A model generated the notes under the pieces. It was not told the origin of the DNA, searched no databases, and saw only the letters and a program-made list of their open reading frames with translations. Made by a program: the position numbers and the translations under genes. Positions 27,611 through 41,736 of a DNA stretch of 60,236 bases are shown in pieces; within the stretch, counting starts at the first letter, position 1; each line of letters begins with the position of its first letter. The stretch is from Bdellovibrionales bacterium (GTDB lineage: Bacteria; Bdellovibrionota; Bdellovibrionia; Bdellovibrionales; DASUEL01), in assembly GCA_050250255.1 (NCBI GenBank), contig JBFWOZ010000015.1:1-60236 (forward strand). The letters are read 5' to 3'.

Positions 27611-28834
27611 TTAGAATAAAGTGCGTGTTTTAATACTTGTCTTTAAACGACCGATTGCCTCTGCCGCAGCTTCAGCATCGGACTTTTCCATGTCCATAAG
27701 AAGGTAACCAATCTTGGAATCCGTAGAGAGAGATTGAGCCCGAATGTTCGCGCCCAAATCTGAAACGATTTTATTGATGTCTCTTAAAACCCCAGGAGTG
27801 TTTTGATGCACATTCAAAATACGATGACACCCCTCTGTCGCTGGCATATCCACTTTTGGAAAATTCACTGAACCTACAGTGCTGCCACGTTTTAAGTAAG
27901 TGGCAAGGGCATCAGAAACTTCCCGACCAATTGCTTCCTGCGCTTCTTCCGTGCTACCTCCAATATGTGGAGTCAAAATCACGTTCGGTAATCCTTGAAG
28001 TTCCGATTTAAAAATATCCTCATTTGTCAGTGGCTCCTCTGGAAATACATCTAATGCAGCGCCTGCAATGTGGCCCGATTTTAAAGCGACCGCCAAATGA
28101 GGGATGTTGACGACCATTCCGCGACTGGCATTTAGGAAGTGACTTCCTTTTTTCATCTTTTTAAATTCTTTTTCTGAGAACAGCCCCATAGTCTGCGGAG
28201 TTTCAGGCACATGAATTGTGACAAAGTCAGAAGACCTCAACAACTCATCCATACTTTCCATTTGTTTGGAATTTCCAAGAGGCAGTTTGCGTACGATATC
28301 GTAAAAAATAACTTTCAAACCTAAGGCTTCAGCAAGAACGCTCACCTGGCTTCCAATATGACCGTAACCAACAATTCCCAAAGTTTTTCCACGCACTTCG
28401 CGTGAACCTTTAACGGACTTATCCCAAATTTGTTTGTGAGCCGCCGAGTTGCGGTCTCCTAGTTGTCGGGAAAGAGCCACTAGCTCCCCAATAATAAGTT
28501 CAGCCACGCTTCGCGTATTGCTATAGGGGGCATTGAAAACCGGAATCCCTACTTGGTTGGCATAATCTAAATGAATTTGGTTTGTACCAATGCAGAACGC
28601 CCCTACAGACCAAAGACTATCAGCACTCGAAAGAATGTCAGACGTCAAATGCGTTTTAGAGCGAATCCCTAAAACATTAATCCCTTTCAAGCGCGCCTTA
28701 AGATCTGAAGCCGACAATGAGCCGGCAACAACTTCTATATCGTAAAGTTCTTTATCAAAGGCCTGCAGCGCCACAGGATGAATATTTTCAAGAAGTAAAA
28801 CTTTTGCACGTACGTTTTTTGAAAGGTTTGGCAT
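27611..28834 (-). CDS. serA: D-3-phosphoglycerate dehydrogenase (E. coli-type, ACT domain)
   Basis: GIRSKT, GAFCIGTNQ, FNAPYSNTRSVAEL, GYGHIG, TPHIGGSTEEAQ, HQNTPGVL. Confidence 0.96.
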   Translation of the reverse strand: MPNLSKNVRAKVLLLENIHPVALQAFDKELYDIEVVAGSLSASDLKARLKGINVLGIRSKTHLTSDILSSADSLWSVGAFCIGTNQIHLDYANQVGIPVFNAPYSNTRSVAELIIGELVALSRQLGDRNSAAHKQIWDKSVKGSREVRGKTLGIVGYGHIGSQVSVLAEALGLKVIFYDIVRKLPLGNSKQMESMDELLRSSDFVTIHVPETPQTMGLFSEKEFKKMKKGSHFLNASRGMVVNIPHLAVALKSGHIAGAALDVFPEEPLTNEDIFKSELQGLPNVILTPHIGGSTEEAQEAIGREVSDALATYLKRGSTVGSVNFPKVDMPATEGCHRILNVHQNTPGVLRDINKIVSDLGANIRAQSLSTDSKIGYLLMDMEKSDAEAAAEAIGRLKTSIKTRTLF

Positions 28835-28925
28835 GGCCTATAACATAGACTCCCCACGAACCCTATGCTAGCTTTTTTTATATCAATGCTGGGAGTCTAT
28901 CTCAAGCTATTACCAAAGGAAGGTT

Positions 28926-30287
28926 ATGGCAGAAAAAACAATGCGTTTACTCGTGGTAGACGATGACGATTTGATTCTACAAACAATGCGCATTGCCCTC
29001 CCCTCCCAATGGAGCATGGCGGGAGTCAATTCCCAATCCGAAATTCCCCAACAGATTTTTCATGCGGCCCTCGTCGACATTCACCTCAGTGGAAAAATTC
29101 AACGCACAGAGGGGCTTGAGATCATTTCTCACCTCTCCCAACAAGATCCACATTTAGAAATTATTGCGATGTCTGGAAATCTCAATCATGAGCTCATGGA
29201 AGAATGCTTAAAGCGTGGTGCCAGTCGCTTCCTTGCTAAACCTATGTCTCCAGAAGAATTAAAATTTGTACTGGATAAAATTGAGGCCTACCACCTTTTA
29301 CAAAAGGCCACGACAAGATCAGGAGCTGAACTAAAATGGGTTGGTGATAGCTCTTCTGCAAACGATCTTCGACGACAAATTGCTCAGCTTAAGGGCGAAG
29401 CCGGCCCTATCTTAATCGAAGGTGAGTCAGGCACAGGAAAAGAAGTCGTAGCGCATTTACTCCATAATCAAGAAGCTCGCGGCCCTGTTATCAAAGTGAA
29501 TGTTGCAGCAATTCCTGAAAATCTTTTTGAATCCGAAATTTTTGGTCACGTGAAGGGCGCTTTCACAGGTGCGGATCAAAATAAAATGGGTGTTGCAGAG
29601 GCCGCTCACGGTGGAGATCTGTTTTTAGATGAGATTGAAGCTCTCCCTCTCAACTTGCAAGCAAAGCTTCTGCGCTTTTTAGAGAACGGAGAAATTCGAC
29701 GAGTTGGCAGCAAAGAAAGCATCCATGTCAAAACTCGGGTGATTGCAGCGACCAACCAAAAACTAGAAGACCTCGTAAAACAAGAAAAGTTTCGGGAAGA
29801 TCTCATGTGGCGTTTGAGTGGAAAGAAAATTGTTCTCCCACCGCTTCGTACAAAAATTACTGATATTCCAGCCATTGCAGAATATTTTCTTTCTTTAGAA
29901 AAACCTCGCAGAAATAAAACTCTCTCTCCTGAAGCGACGGAATCCCTCAAGCAATATCCTTGGCCGGGAAATGTAAGAGAATTAAAACGCGTTCTTGAAC
30001 AGATTGCGCTGATTTCACCACTTCCTGTCATCCGAGCAACTGATGTGATGAATGTCATACAACCGCCGACACAACGAAACTTGGGGCCACTAGAAAAAGT
30101 TGATCTTACTGTTGGGCTTAACCAACTCATGGCACAATACGAAAAACGTATTGTGCAAGAAGCTTTTAACACCTATGGTGATATTGATAAAACTTGTCGA
30201 GTCCTTGATATCTCTCGCTCAAGCCTTTATAAAAAAATTAAGGATTACGGCATTTCGCTAGAGAATATACCTCATTCAGGAGAATGA
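28926..30287 (+). CDS. sigma54-dependent response regulator (REC-AAA+-Fis HTH)
   Basis: VVDDD receiver, GESGTGKE, GAFTGA, FLDEI, WPGNVREL, ISRSSLYKK. Confidence 0.95.
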   Translation: MAEKTMRLLVVDDDDLILQTMRIALPSQWSMAGVNSQSEIPQQIFHAALVDIHLSGKIQRTEGLEIISHLSQQDPHLEIIAMSGNLNHELMEECLKRGASRFLAKPMSPEELKFVLDKIEAYHLLQKATTRSGAELKWVGDSSSANDLRRQIAQLKGEAGPILIEGESGTGKEVVAHLLHNQEARGPVIKVNVAAIPENLFESEIFGHVKGAFTGADQNKMGVAEAAHGGDLFLDEIEALPLNLQAKLLRFLENGEIRRVGSKESIHVKTRVIAATNQKLEDLVKQEKFREDLMWRLSGKKIVLPPLRTKITDIPAIAEYFLSLEKPRRNKTLSPEATESLKQYPWPGNVRELKRVLEQIALISPLPVIRATDVMNVIQPPTQRNLGPLEKVDLTVGLNQLMAQYEKRIVQEAFNTYGDIDKTCRVLDISRSSLYKKIKDYGISLENIPHSGE

Positions 30288-30290
30288 CCT

Positions 30291-31211
30291 ATGTTTGGAG
30301 AGATCTGGTCGAACGAAACTTATTCTCAAACCGTTATGTATGTCCTTGGTGGCATCATTACACTTGCTGCCATTCTTGCTCCTTTTAAAAGTCGACATCC
30401 TGGATTTATCGCCGCCTGGGCCAGTCTCAAAAGTTGGTTTTTTGCGGCCCCCCTTTTGTTTTTTGTTTTCGGGTTGCCAGCCCCTTGGCCGCTCGTGGGA
30501 GTCACCATCGCAACAACCTTTTGTGCAAAAGAATTTTTTCAACTCACAGGCATGTACCACAAAACTGTTTTTGTCTGGATTGTGTATATAGGTATTTGGG
30601 CTAATACTCTTAGTACGTACTACTCATTAGAAGGTCTTTACGATCAAATGCCTATGATCGTTATGGCGTTCATTCTTTTAATACCTATTATTTTTAATAC
30701 TTATAAAAACATGATTCAGTATATGGCCCTTAGCCTCATTAACTTTATGTTTATGGGTTGGGGACTTTTGCATATCGCCAAAATCTATCAATTTCCTGAA
30801 GGCCCTTTTCATTTAATTTATATGATTTTGCTCACGGAAGTTTGCGATAACGTCACGTTGGCTTCCAGCCGTATTTTTAATAAACACCGGTTAGTATCGC
30901 AAATTACGCATCGTCGTACCGTTGAAGGCTTAGGAATAGCCTTTGTGCTGACGATGGCATTAGCCTATGGATTAAGAACCATGGTGACTCACCAGTACGA
31001 TTACTACTGGATGGTGGCAGGATTTGTAGCCTTCTTCGGTAGCAGCATTGCTGATCTTGCTATCACCGTGATTCGCAAAGATTTAGGCGTAAAAGACATG
31101 GGCGCCTTTATTTGGGGGCGCGGTGGAATTCTTGATGTTATGGATCGATGGATTGTTGTGGCTCCACTTTATTTTTACACCATCATTTACGTCAGTCGGT
31201 GGCTCCAGTGA
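30291..31211 (+). CDS. phosphatidate cytidylyltransferase family protein (CdsA/YnbB-like)
   Basis: Polytopic; RTVEG and RKDLGVKDMG..IWGRGGILDVMD signature. Confidence 0.85.
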   Translation: MFGEIWSNETYSQTVMYVLGGIITLAAILAPFKSRHPGFIAAWASLKSWFFAAPLLFFVFGLPAPWPLVGVTIATTFCAKEFFQLTGMYHKTVFVWIVYIGIWANTLSTYYSLEGLYDQMPMIVMAFILLIPIIFNTYKNMIQYMALSLINFMFMGWGLLHIAKIYQFPEGPFHLIYMILLTEVCDNVTLASSRIFNKHRLVSQITHRRTVEGLGIAFVLTMALAYGLRTMVTHQYDYYWMVAGFVAFFGSSIADLAITVIRKDLGVKDMGAFIWGRGGILDVMDRWIVVAPLYFYTIIYVSRWLQ

Positions 31212-31957
31212 AAGAGTGGAACTACGAGAACGAACAGTGGTCTAAACTTCCGGCCCACCTACGACATCTCCCACTTTTCACACGCCATTTTGATATGGCC
31301 AGCTACTGCATTCGTTTTCTCTGGTTTGTTTTTTTAAAATATGTTTTTTTTAAATTTTACTTACGCATCAAAGTAAAAGGAAACTTCAAGGAAGTTTATA
31401 AAAAACATCCAAAACTGATTATTATCTCCAACCATGCCAGTCACCTCGATGCGATCAGCATCAGTGTGGCCGTCCCTTTTCGTTACTGGATTCATCTCTA
31501 CTTTGCGGCCGCCAAAGATTATTTTTTCTCAAATTTCTGGATGACGTTTTTCTCAAAACATTGCATTGGTGCGATCCCACTCGATCGTCAGGAGAAAAAA
31601 AGCGATGCGATCAAACTCTGCGTCAGCCTTCTTACCAATCTTTCAAAAATTTGGATGGTGATGTTTCCCGAAGGGACGCGAAGCCATACAGGCCTTGTCA
31701 GAGATTTCAAACGTGGGGTGAGCCTCTTTTCCTTACGTTCGAATGTGCCCATTCTTTTCCTATATGTGGAAAATGCCTATGAACTTTGGCCGAAAGGTCG
31801 CCCCTTTGCTATCCCAGGCACAATCACCGTTCATGTTGGCCCCGTTCACCCTCCCGCGGGTATTGACGAAATCAATAGAGCTTTTCGCCAATGGGGCTCT
31901 ACGATTCATCCCCATAAATTCGTTGCACAGGAAACCTCCGAAAACCCTGCCACTTAA
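31208..31957 (+). CDS. lysophospholipid acyltransferase (PlsC-like)
   Basis: SNHASHLD, AAAKDYFF, FPEGTRS; GTG start overlaps the upstream TGA (GTGA). Confidence 0.9.
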   Translation: MKEWNYENEQWSKLPAHLRHLPLFTRHFDMASYCIRFLWFVFLKYVFFKFYLRIKVKGNFKEVYKKHPKLIIISNHASHLDAISISVAVPFRYWIHLYFAAAKDYFFSNFWMTFFSKHCIGAIPLDRQEKKSDAIKLCVSLLTNLSKIWMVMFPEGTRSHTGLVRDFKRGVSLFSLRSNVPILFLYVENAYELWPKGRPFAIPGTITVHVGPVHPPAGIDEINRAFRQWGSTIHPHKFVAQETSENPAT

Positions 31958-32024
31958 TTTCGCCTTAGCTCTATCGAGGAGGTTACACTGCCTAGCTGGC
32001 ACAACGCAGCAAACTTGCTGTCAT

Positions 32025-32053
32025 TCGACAGAAGGCTCAACTCCTGACATAAT
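32025..32053 (+). promoter_or_regulatory. sigma70-type promoter for the oxidoreductase operon
   Basis: TCGACA-N17-CATAAT ahead of GAGG SD and ATG 32076. Confidence 0.55.
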
Positions 32054-32075
32054 CCTACTTCACCAGAGGTAAAAT

Positions 32076-33917
32076 ATGTCATCTCATCAAGTCATTGAAA
32101 ACGACTTCGTATTGAATGTAGCTACCGTTAACGGGAGCGGAAGTCAGTCCTCCAACATGATCATTCTAAAAGCTCTTTTTAGAATGGGCATTCCGACGGG
32201 AGGAAAAAATTTATTCCCATCCAATATCGCAGGCCTCCCTACATGGTTTAGCATTCGTGTGAATAAAGACGGTTACATCGCACGTAAAAAAGATATCGAC
32301 ATAACGATTGCGATGAATGGCACCACAATTGCCGACGACATAAAAGATCTCAAAGCCGGTGGAATATTTCTCTACAATGAAGATTTAAAATTCGATCGTG
32401 TCCTTTTAAGAAAAGACGTCACGAATTATGGCATTCCTTTCCGCCAGCTTGTGGATGGAATTACAAAATCCGTCAAAATGAAAAAGTTCTTAGTCAATAT
32501 GATCTACGTTGGGGTGATCGCTGAGCTTTTAAAAATTGATAAAGAGATTTTAAAACAATCAGCGCTTGATCAGTTTGGTTCTAAAAATACTGAGATCGTC
32601 ACTGAAAACCTAAAGGCGATCGATGGAGGCGCAGAATATGCGCGAAATAATATCAGCGGAGCATTTCCCTACACCGTTAAGGCTTTAAACAAAACAATCG
32701 GGAAAATTTTAATCGACGGAAACTCCGCCGCCGCTATTGGTTTGATGTACGGCGGATGCACATTTCTTTCCTGGTATCCCATCACTCCATCTAGTTCGCT
32801 CGCTGAATCTTTTGCGAACTATGTCTCTAAATACCGGAAAGACAAAGACGGAAAAAATAATTTTGCGATCGTTCAAGCTGAAGACGAGCTTTCCGCAATG
32901 GGAATGGTCCTCGGCGCCGCCTGGACGGGCGCACGTGCGATGACGACCACTTCCGGCCCAGGGATTAGTTTGATGGCAGAATTTGCTGGGTACTCCTATT
33001 ACACCGAAATTCCTGCAGTCGTATGGAACGTTCAAAGGGCGGGCCCTTCAACAGGTCTTCCTACTCGCACGTCTCAAGGAGACATCGCTTTCACCGCAAC
33101 ACTTTCACATGGGGACACAAAACACATTATGCTTTTCCCAGCGTCTCCACGCGAATGTTACGAATTTGGTCAGACGGCTTTTGATGTAGCGGAGAGATTG
33201 CAGACTCTCGTCTTTGTTATGAGCGATTTAGATCTTGGTATGAATCTTTGGATCGATGATCCTTTCGTTCCATCAGCAAAGCCTTACGATCGCGGAAAAA
33301 TCATGGCCGAAAAAGACTTTGCCGCCGGAAAGACTTTCGAACGTTACGCCGATGTCGATCAAGATGGCATTCCATACCGGACCCTTCCGGGAATACATCA
33401 AGCAGGGGCTGCGTACTTTACACGTGGATCAGGGCATGATGAAAAGGCGCGATACACAGAGAGCAACGTCGTTTACAAACGTGTTCTCGATCGTCTCTCC
33501 AGAAAATGGGAAACAGCGAAATCTGTTGTTCCAAATCCAATGATCGACCAGGCAAGCGGCGCTGACATAGGTATCATCGCCTTTGGCTCCACGGATATCG
33601 TTATGGCAGAAGCACGTGCTCAGCTTTTACAAAAGGGTCTAAAAACTTCTTATTTAAGAATTCGCGCGTTCCCATTTAATGTAGATGTAGAAAAGTTTAT
33701 TAAGAGTCATAAACGTATCTATGTTGTGGAGCAAAACCGTGACGGCCAAATGAAATCGCTTCTTTTTAATGAATTTGGTCATCTTAACCAACAGATCTAT
33801 TCCATCCGTCATTACGATGGTTTGCCCGTATTTTCAGAAGCTGTGACCGAACCGATCATGGAGCTCGAAAAAATAATCATCTCCCCAACTCGTTCTCAGG
33901 AGGGTGCCCATGTCTAA
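32076..33917 (+). CDS. 2-oxoacid:ferredoxin oxidoreductase alpha subunit (fused gamma domain)
   Basis: NGSGSQS, YPITP, QAEDE, TSGPG, QRAGPSTGLPT, VEQN motifs. Confidence 0.93.
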   Translation: MSSHQVIENDFVLNVATVNGSGSQSSNMIILKALFRMGIPTGGKNLFPSNIAGLPTWFSIRVNKDGYIARKKDIDITIAMNGTTIADDIKDLKAGGIFLYNEDLKFDRVLLRKDVTNYGIPFRQLVDGITKSVKMKKFLVNMIYVGVIAELLKIDKEILKQSALDQFGSKNTEIVTENLKAIDGGAEYARNNISGAFPYTVKALNKTIGKILIDGNSAAAIGLMYGGCTFLSWYPITPSSSLAESFANYVSKYRKDKDGKNNFAIVQAEDELSAMGMVLGAAWTGARAMTTTSGPGISLMAEFAGYSYYTEIPAVVWNVQRAGPSTGLPTRTSQGDIAFTATLSHGDTKHIMLFPASPRECYEFGQTAFDVAERLQTLVFVMSDLDLGMNLWIDDPFVPSAKPYDRGKIMAEKDFAAGKTFERYADVDQDGIPYRTLPGIHQAGAAYFTRGSGHDEKARYTESNVVYKRVLDRLSRKWETAKSVVPNPMIDQASGADIGIIAFGSTDIVMAEARAQLLQKGLKTSYLRIRAFPFNVDVEKFIKSHKRIYVVEQNRDGQMKSLLFNEFGHLNQQIYSIRHYDGLPVFSEAVTEPIMELEKIIISPTRSQEGAHV

Positions 33918-34968
33918 TACTGAAAACCCAACTCCCACAGCTCCGGTTGTTGCAAAAAATCGAGTTGGACTAGCGCGAACGGATTATGCCGGCGCTCCTT
34001 CTACACTTTGCACAGGTTGTGGCCATGATTCGATCACCAACCACATTACGTCAGCTCTTTTTCAATCAGGTATCAATCCTTATGATCTTGGAAAAATGTC
34101 GGGAATTGGTTGTTCCTCAAAAACTCCGGCTTATTTTTCAAGCAGATCGTTTGCTTTTAACTCTGTCCACGGTCGCATGCCTGCCGTCTCCACGGGTGTG
34201 AAATTAGGAAATCGAAAATTAAAACTGATTGGTGTATCTGGTGACGGAGATACCGGAAGTATTGGTATCGGTCCCTTCATGCACTTAGTAAGACGCAATC
34301 TTCCTCTCGTTTACGTCATTGAAAACAATGGAGTGTACGGACTTACTAAGGGCCAGTTTTCTGCAACCTCCGAAAAGGGAGCGAAACTAAAATCTGGTAC
34401 CGCCAATTCTTTTGAGCATGTTGATCTTTGCGCCCTCGCCATTCAATTAGGCTGTGACTTTGTCGCTCGTTCTTTCTCTGGAGATGCCAAACAACTTGTG
34501 CCGCTTATTGAAGCTGCTTTTCAGCACAACGGAACGGCCATCATTGACGTGGTCTCTCCTTGCGTGACTTTCAACAATCATGAGGGCTCTACAAAAAGCT
34601 ACGATGTGATTCGCGATCACAATATTAAACTTCAAGAGCTCGGGTTCATCCACGGCGCTGAAGACATTAAAGTGGATTACAAAGAAGGCGAAACTCAAGA
34701 GGTCAACCTTCCCGATGGATCTATCTTAACTCTTAAAAAACTCGCCCAGCACGAACACGATATTCATGATCGAATGGCCAGTTTAAAACTTCTTAACGAA
34801 TACCAAGGTAAGGGCAAAACGCTGACAGGATTATTTTACGTGAATGCCAAGTCTTCAAGCCTTGTAGACAACATAGATCTTCCTGCGACTCCATTAGCCC
34901 AACTCACAGAAAAAGAGTTGAGACCTGGCCAAGACGTCATGGATAAAATTCTAAAAAATTTCCGCTAA
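33910..34968 (+). CDS. 2-oxoacid:ferredoxin oxidoreductase beta subunit
   Basis: LCTGCGH, SGIGCSS, HGR, GDGD TPP motif, NNGVYGLTKGQ, SPCVTFN. Confidence 0.93.
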   Translation: MSNTENPTPTAPVVAKNRVGLARTDYAGAPSTLCTGCGHDSITNHITSALFQSGINPYDLGKMSGIGCSSKTPAYFSSRSFAFNSVHGRMPAVSTGVKLGNRKLKLIGVSGDGDTGSIGIGPFMHLVRRNLPLVYVIENNGVYGLTKGQFSATSEKGAKLKSGTANSFEHVDLCALAIQLGCDFVARSFSGDAKQLVPLIEAAFQHNGTAIIDVVSPCVTFNNHEGSTKSYDVIRDHNIKLQELGFIHGAEDIKVDYKEGETQEVNLPDGSILTLKKLAQHEHDIHDRMASLKLLNEYQGKGKTLTGLFYVNAKSSSLVDNIDLPATPLAQLTEKELRPGQDVMDKILKNFR

Positions 34969-35023
34969 ATGAATCCATAGCGGTTGGTTGGCTTAGATCC
35001 AACTGAACTTCATGGCGTTGTTT

Positions 35024-35590
35024 CTATAGCTTTGTATAGACTTCATTGAGCGTGTCGGCAGGACGCGTTTGGTTCGGCTTATAACCAGATCCACCCTCTG
35101 TGTGTAACCGAAAAGAATCAGTCGTTAAAACTTCACTGTAATATTCCGTGTCGACTGGAAGCTGACTTTTTTTCTTTGTCGAAAATTGAATGCAGTGAGG
35201 ATTTGTCGTACTGCCCACTTGAAGTTCATCATTCAAATCAAATGACTTTACGGTTCCTCTAAAAATATGCGTGGCATATCCGCGTGATTGAGTGCGGGAA
35301 TAATCCGAACGCACTCTAACATCATACAAAGTCCCGTTGGTACGGTAGCTACATATTGTTGGATCTGGAAGTTCCGGCATTTCCAGCGACACATTCCTTT
35401 TCCAAAGATGAGAGTAGGATGCATCCTTCTCGACACGAAAGGATTCTTGAGTAGTCACATCCTTGTAGGTCCCAAAATAGTTTTCTGAAAAATAAGCTAC
35501 ATAATTTCCAGAATCGTCCTTTGACTTGTCACTAGGGGCACTGCAACTCAAAATAAATAGACTCAACATGAGAACTACAAATATTTTCAC
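35024..35590 (-). CDS. hypothetical lipoprotein
   Basis: GTG start, MKIFVVLMLSLFILSC lipobox; 188 aa. Confidence 0.7.
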   Translation of the reverse strand: MKIFVVLMLSLFILSCSAPSDKSKDDSGNYVAYFSENYFGTYKDVTTQESFRVEKDASYSHLWKRNVSLEMPELPDPTICSYRTNGTLYDVRVRSDYSRTQSRGYATHIFRGTVKSFDLNDELQVGSTTNPHCIQFSTKKKSQLPVDTEYYSEVLTTDSFRLHTEGGSGYKPNQTRPADTLNEVYTKL

Positions 35591-35634
35591 GAGATCTCCC
35601 CTTCAATTAGATTCTATTGTCATACCCGCTGAGC

Positions 35635-35668
35635 AAAAAAAAACCCAAGTATTTCTACTTGGGTTTTT
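35635..35668 (-). terminator. rho-independent terminator of the rRNA operon
   Basis: Stem CCCAAGTA/TACTTGGG with 4-nt loop; U9 tail on the minus strand just past the 5S 3' end. Confidence 0.85.
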
Positions 35669-35676
35669 AAAAAAAG

Positions 35677-35793
35677 AGCTGGCATCGCGCTACTCTTCCA
35701 CAGGGAAACCCTGCAGTACCATCGCCGCAGGCGGGCTTAACTTCTGAGGTCGGAATGGGATCAGGTGTATCTCCGCCGCTATCAACACCAGCA
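35677..35793 (-). rRNA. rrf: 5S rRNA
   Basis: Reverse complement has GCTGGTG…CACCTGATCCCATTCCGACCTCAGAAGTTAAG…GATGGTACTG…GAGTAG; ends approximate. Confidence 0.93.
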
Positions 35794-35795
35794 AA

Positions 35796-35917
35796 CCTAT
35801 TACTTTAAAACTTTCATCTACTTCGTTACTACCTTCGCTTATTCGTTCAACGTACAGGAAGTACGTCTCACTCATCGCTCAGTCGTGCCTCGTATATGAA
35901 ACCTTTAAAGCAATAGG
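35796..35917. mobile_element. ~122-bp MITE/palindromic element in the 23S-5S spacer
   Basis: Imperfect 25-bp terminal IR (21/25) CCTATTACTTTAAAACTTTCATCTA / TATATGAAACCTTTAAAGCAATAGG; central ACGTAC-AGGAA-GTACGT hairpin. Confidence 0.6.
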
Positions 35918-36132
35918 CCTGTTTCAAACTTTTGGTTCGAAAGGGCCAGGTGCTCTTGTACTTGCTAGCTTTTTACAAAGTCTTGCTTGTACTTACAAAC
36001 TCCTATTTGGAATTTATAAATTCGTTCATTAAAAATGAACAGTTTTGAATTGGTGATCTTTAGTTTTGGAACAACACTCACTTAAGAATAGAAGTCGATG
36101 TTTTCAATCGACTAAGAAGTTTTCTTGAGTAG

Positions 36133-39126
<2,994 letters not shown>

Positions 39127-39245
39127 TACTTGTGATTGTCTTTCGACAAACACTCAAAAACTTACATTAGTCAATTTACTTACAAACCGATTCTACACAG
39201 TGAGTGTGTTTCCTCACTAAAAATCACCAAAACAAAACTATTCAA

Positions 39246-39258
39246 TTTTCAAAGAACA
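39246..39258 (-). promoter_or_regulatory. spacer boxA-like antitermination site
   Basis: Minus strand TGTTCTTTGAAAA, matching the leader boxA. Confidence 0.6.
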
Positions 39259-39312
39259 AAAAACATTTTCACGTTACTCAGATCCACTCTTTAAACCAGG
39301 AGCTCAAAAAGT

Positions 39313-39389
<77 letters not shown>

Positions 39390-39498
39390 AAACAGTCATC
39401 TGAGATTCGCTCTCTCAAAACTAAACAGCTAGATATTGATTTTTGGGTATGACCTTAAACTAAGTTAAAACTTAGAAAAGTATAAATACTCTTCAGAA

Positions 39499-41043
<1,545 letters not shown>

Positions 41044-41288
41044 AACTTAAAATCTTTTGAACTCTAAAGTTTAAATAAAAATTTGCTTCGTAGCTATTCA
41101 ACAAACTACCGTCGAATGACCGAAGTCATTCTATTCTCATTTTGGTTGTTTAGTTATCGAACTCAAAAACTTTTGACTCGAAATCAGCGACCTACAAAAA
41201 CTTCTCTTACGAGAGACTTTTTTCAGCGAGTACCTAAACTCTTAACTGATCTCAGAGACCCAAAAATCAATTTCTTCTAGCTATTTAG

Positions 41289-41390
41289 TTTTCAAAGAGC
41301 AAAAAATAGATGAACGTGAGTTCCGCAGTTGTAAGGGAACTCCCGGAGCAGGTCAAGGGACAAATTATCTTTTTTTTAAGATTTTTTTTA
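41289..41390 (-). promoter_or_regulatory. rRNA operon promoter with UP-like A-tracts and leader boxA
   Basis: Minus strand TTGACC (41356-41351)-N17-TACAAC, upstream A-tracts; boxA TGCTCTTTGAAAA at 41301-41289. Confidence 0.6.
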
Positions 41391-41644
41391 GGCCCAAAAG
41401 GCCGCCTGAAAACTTGAGAAAATGAGGGCATTAGCAGCGCGTTTCCTCAATGCGACATCTATATATAATGTAAATGCTGGTCTACTTAAAAAAATTGATC
41501 CTAAGTTCAATTTTGTTTTTCAAATAACCGCAGATAAAAACATATAAGCATTTGTTTTTACTTATAAAATACTAATTTTAAAAAATAATTTTTTGATTTT
41601 AATATACTAATTAGTCGCTCTTTTTTTCATTCGGCAGGAGTCAA

Positions 41645-41673
41645 TTGACACATCGCCTTCAAATTTCTAGTTT
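41645..41673 (+). promoter_or_regulatory. sigma70-type promoter for the PLD gene
   Basis: TTGACA-N17-TAGTTT. Confidence 0.5.
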
Positions 41674-41736
41674 GAGTACAAAGTACAACAAACCTTCACG
41701 GATGGCGGTTTAAATCATTTTTCAAAAGGGATATCT

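Noticed and set aside
29606..30172. 188-aa minus-strand ORF
   Set aside because: Antisense shadow of the sigma54 activator AAA+ domain
31997..32012. TGGCACAACGCAGC as a sigma54 promoter
   Set aside because: GG-to-GC spacing is 9 nt, not the required 10; a sigma70-like promoter fits better
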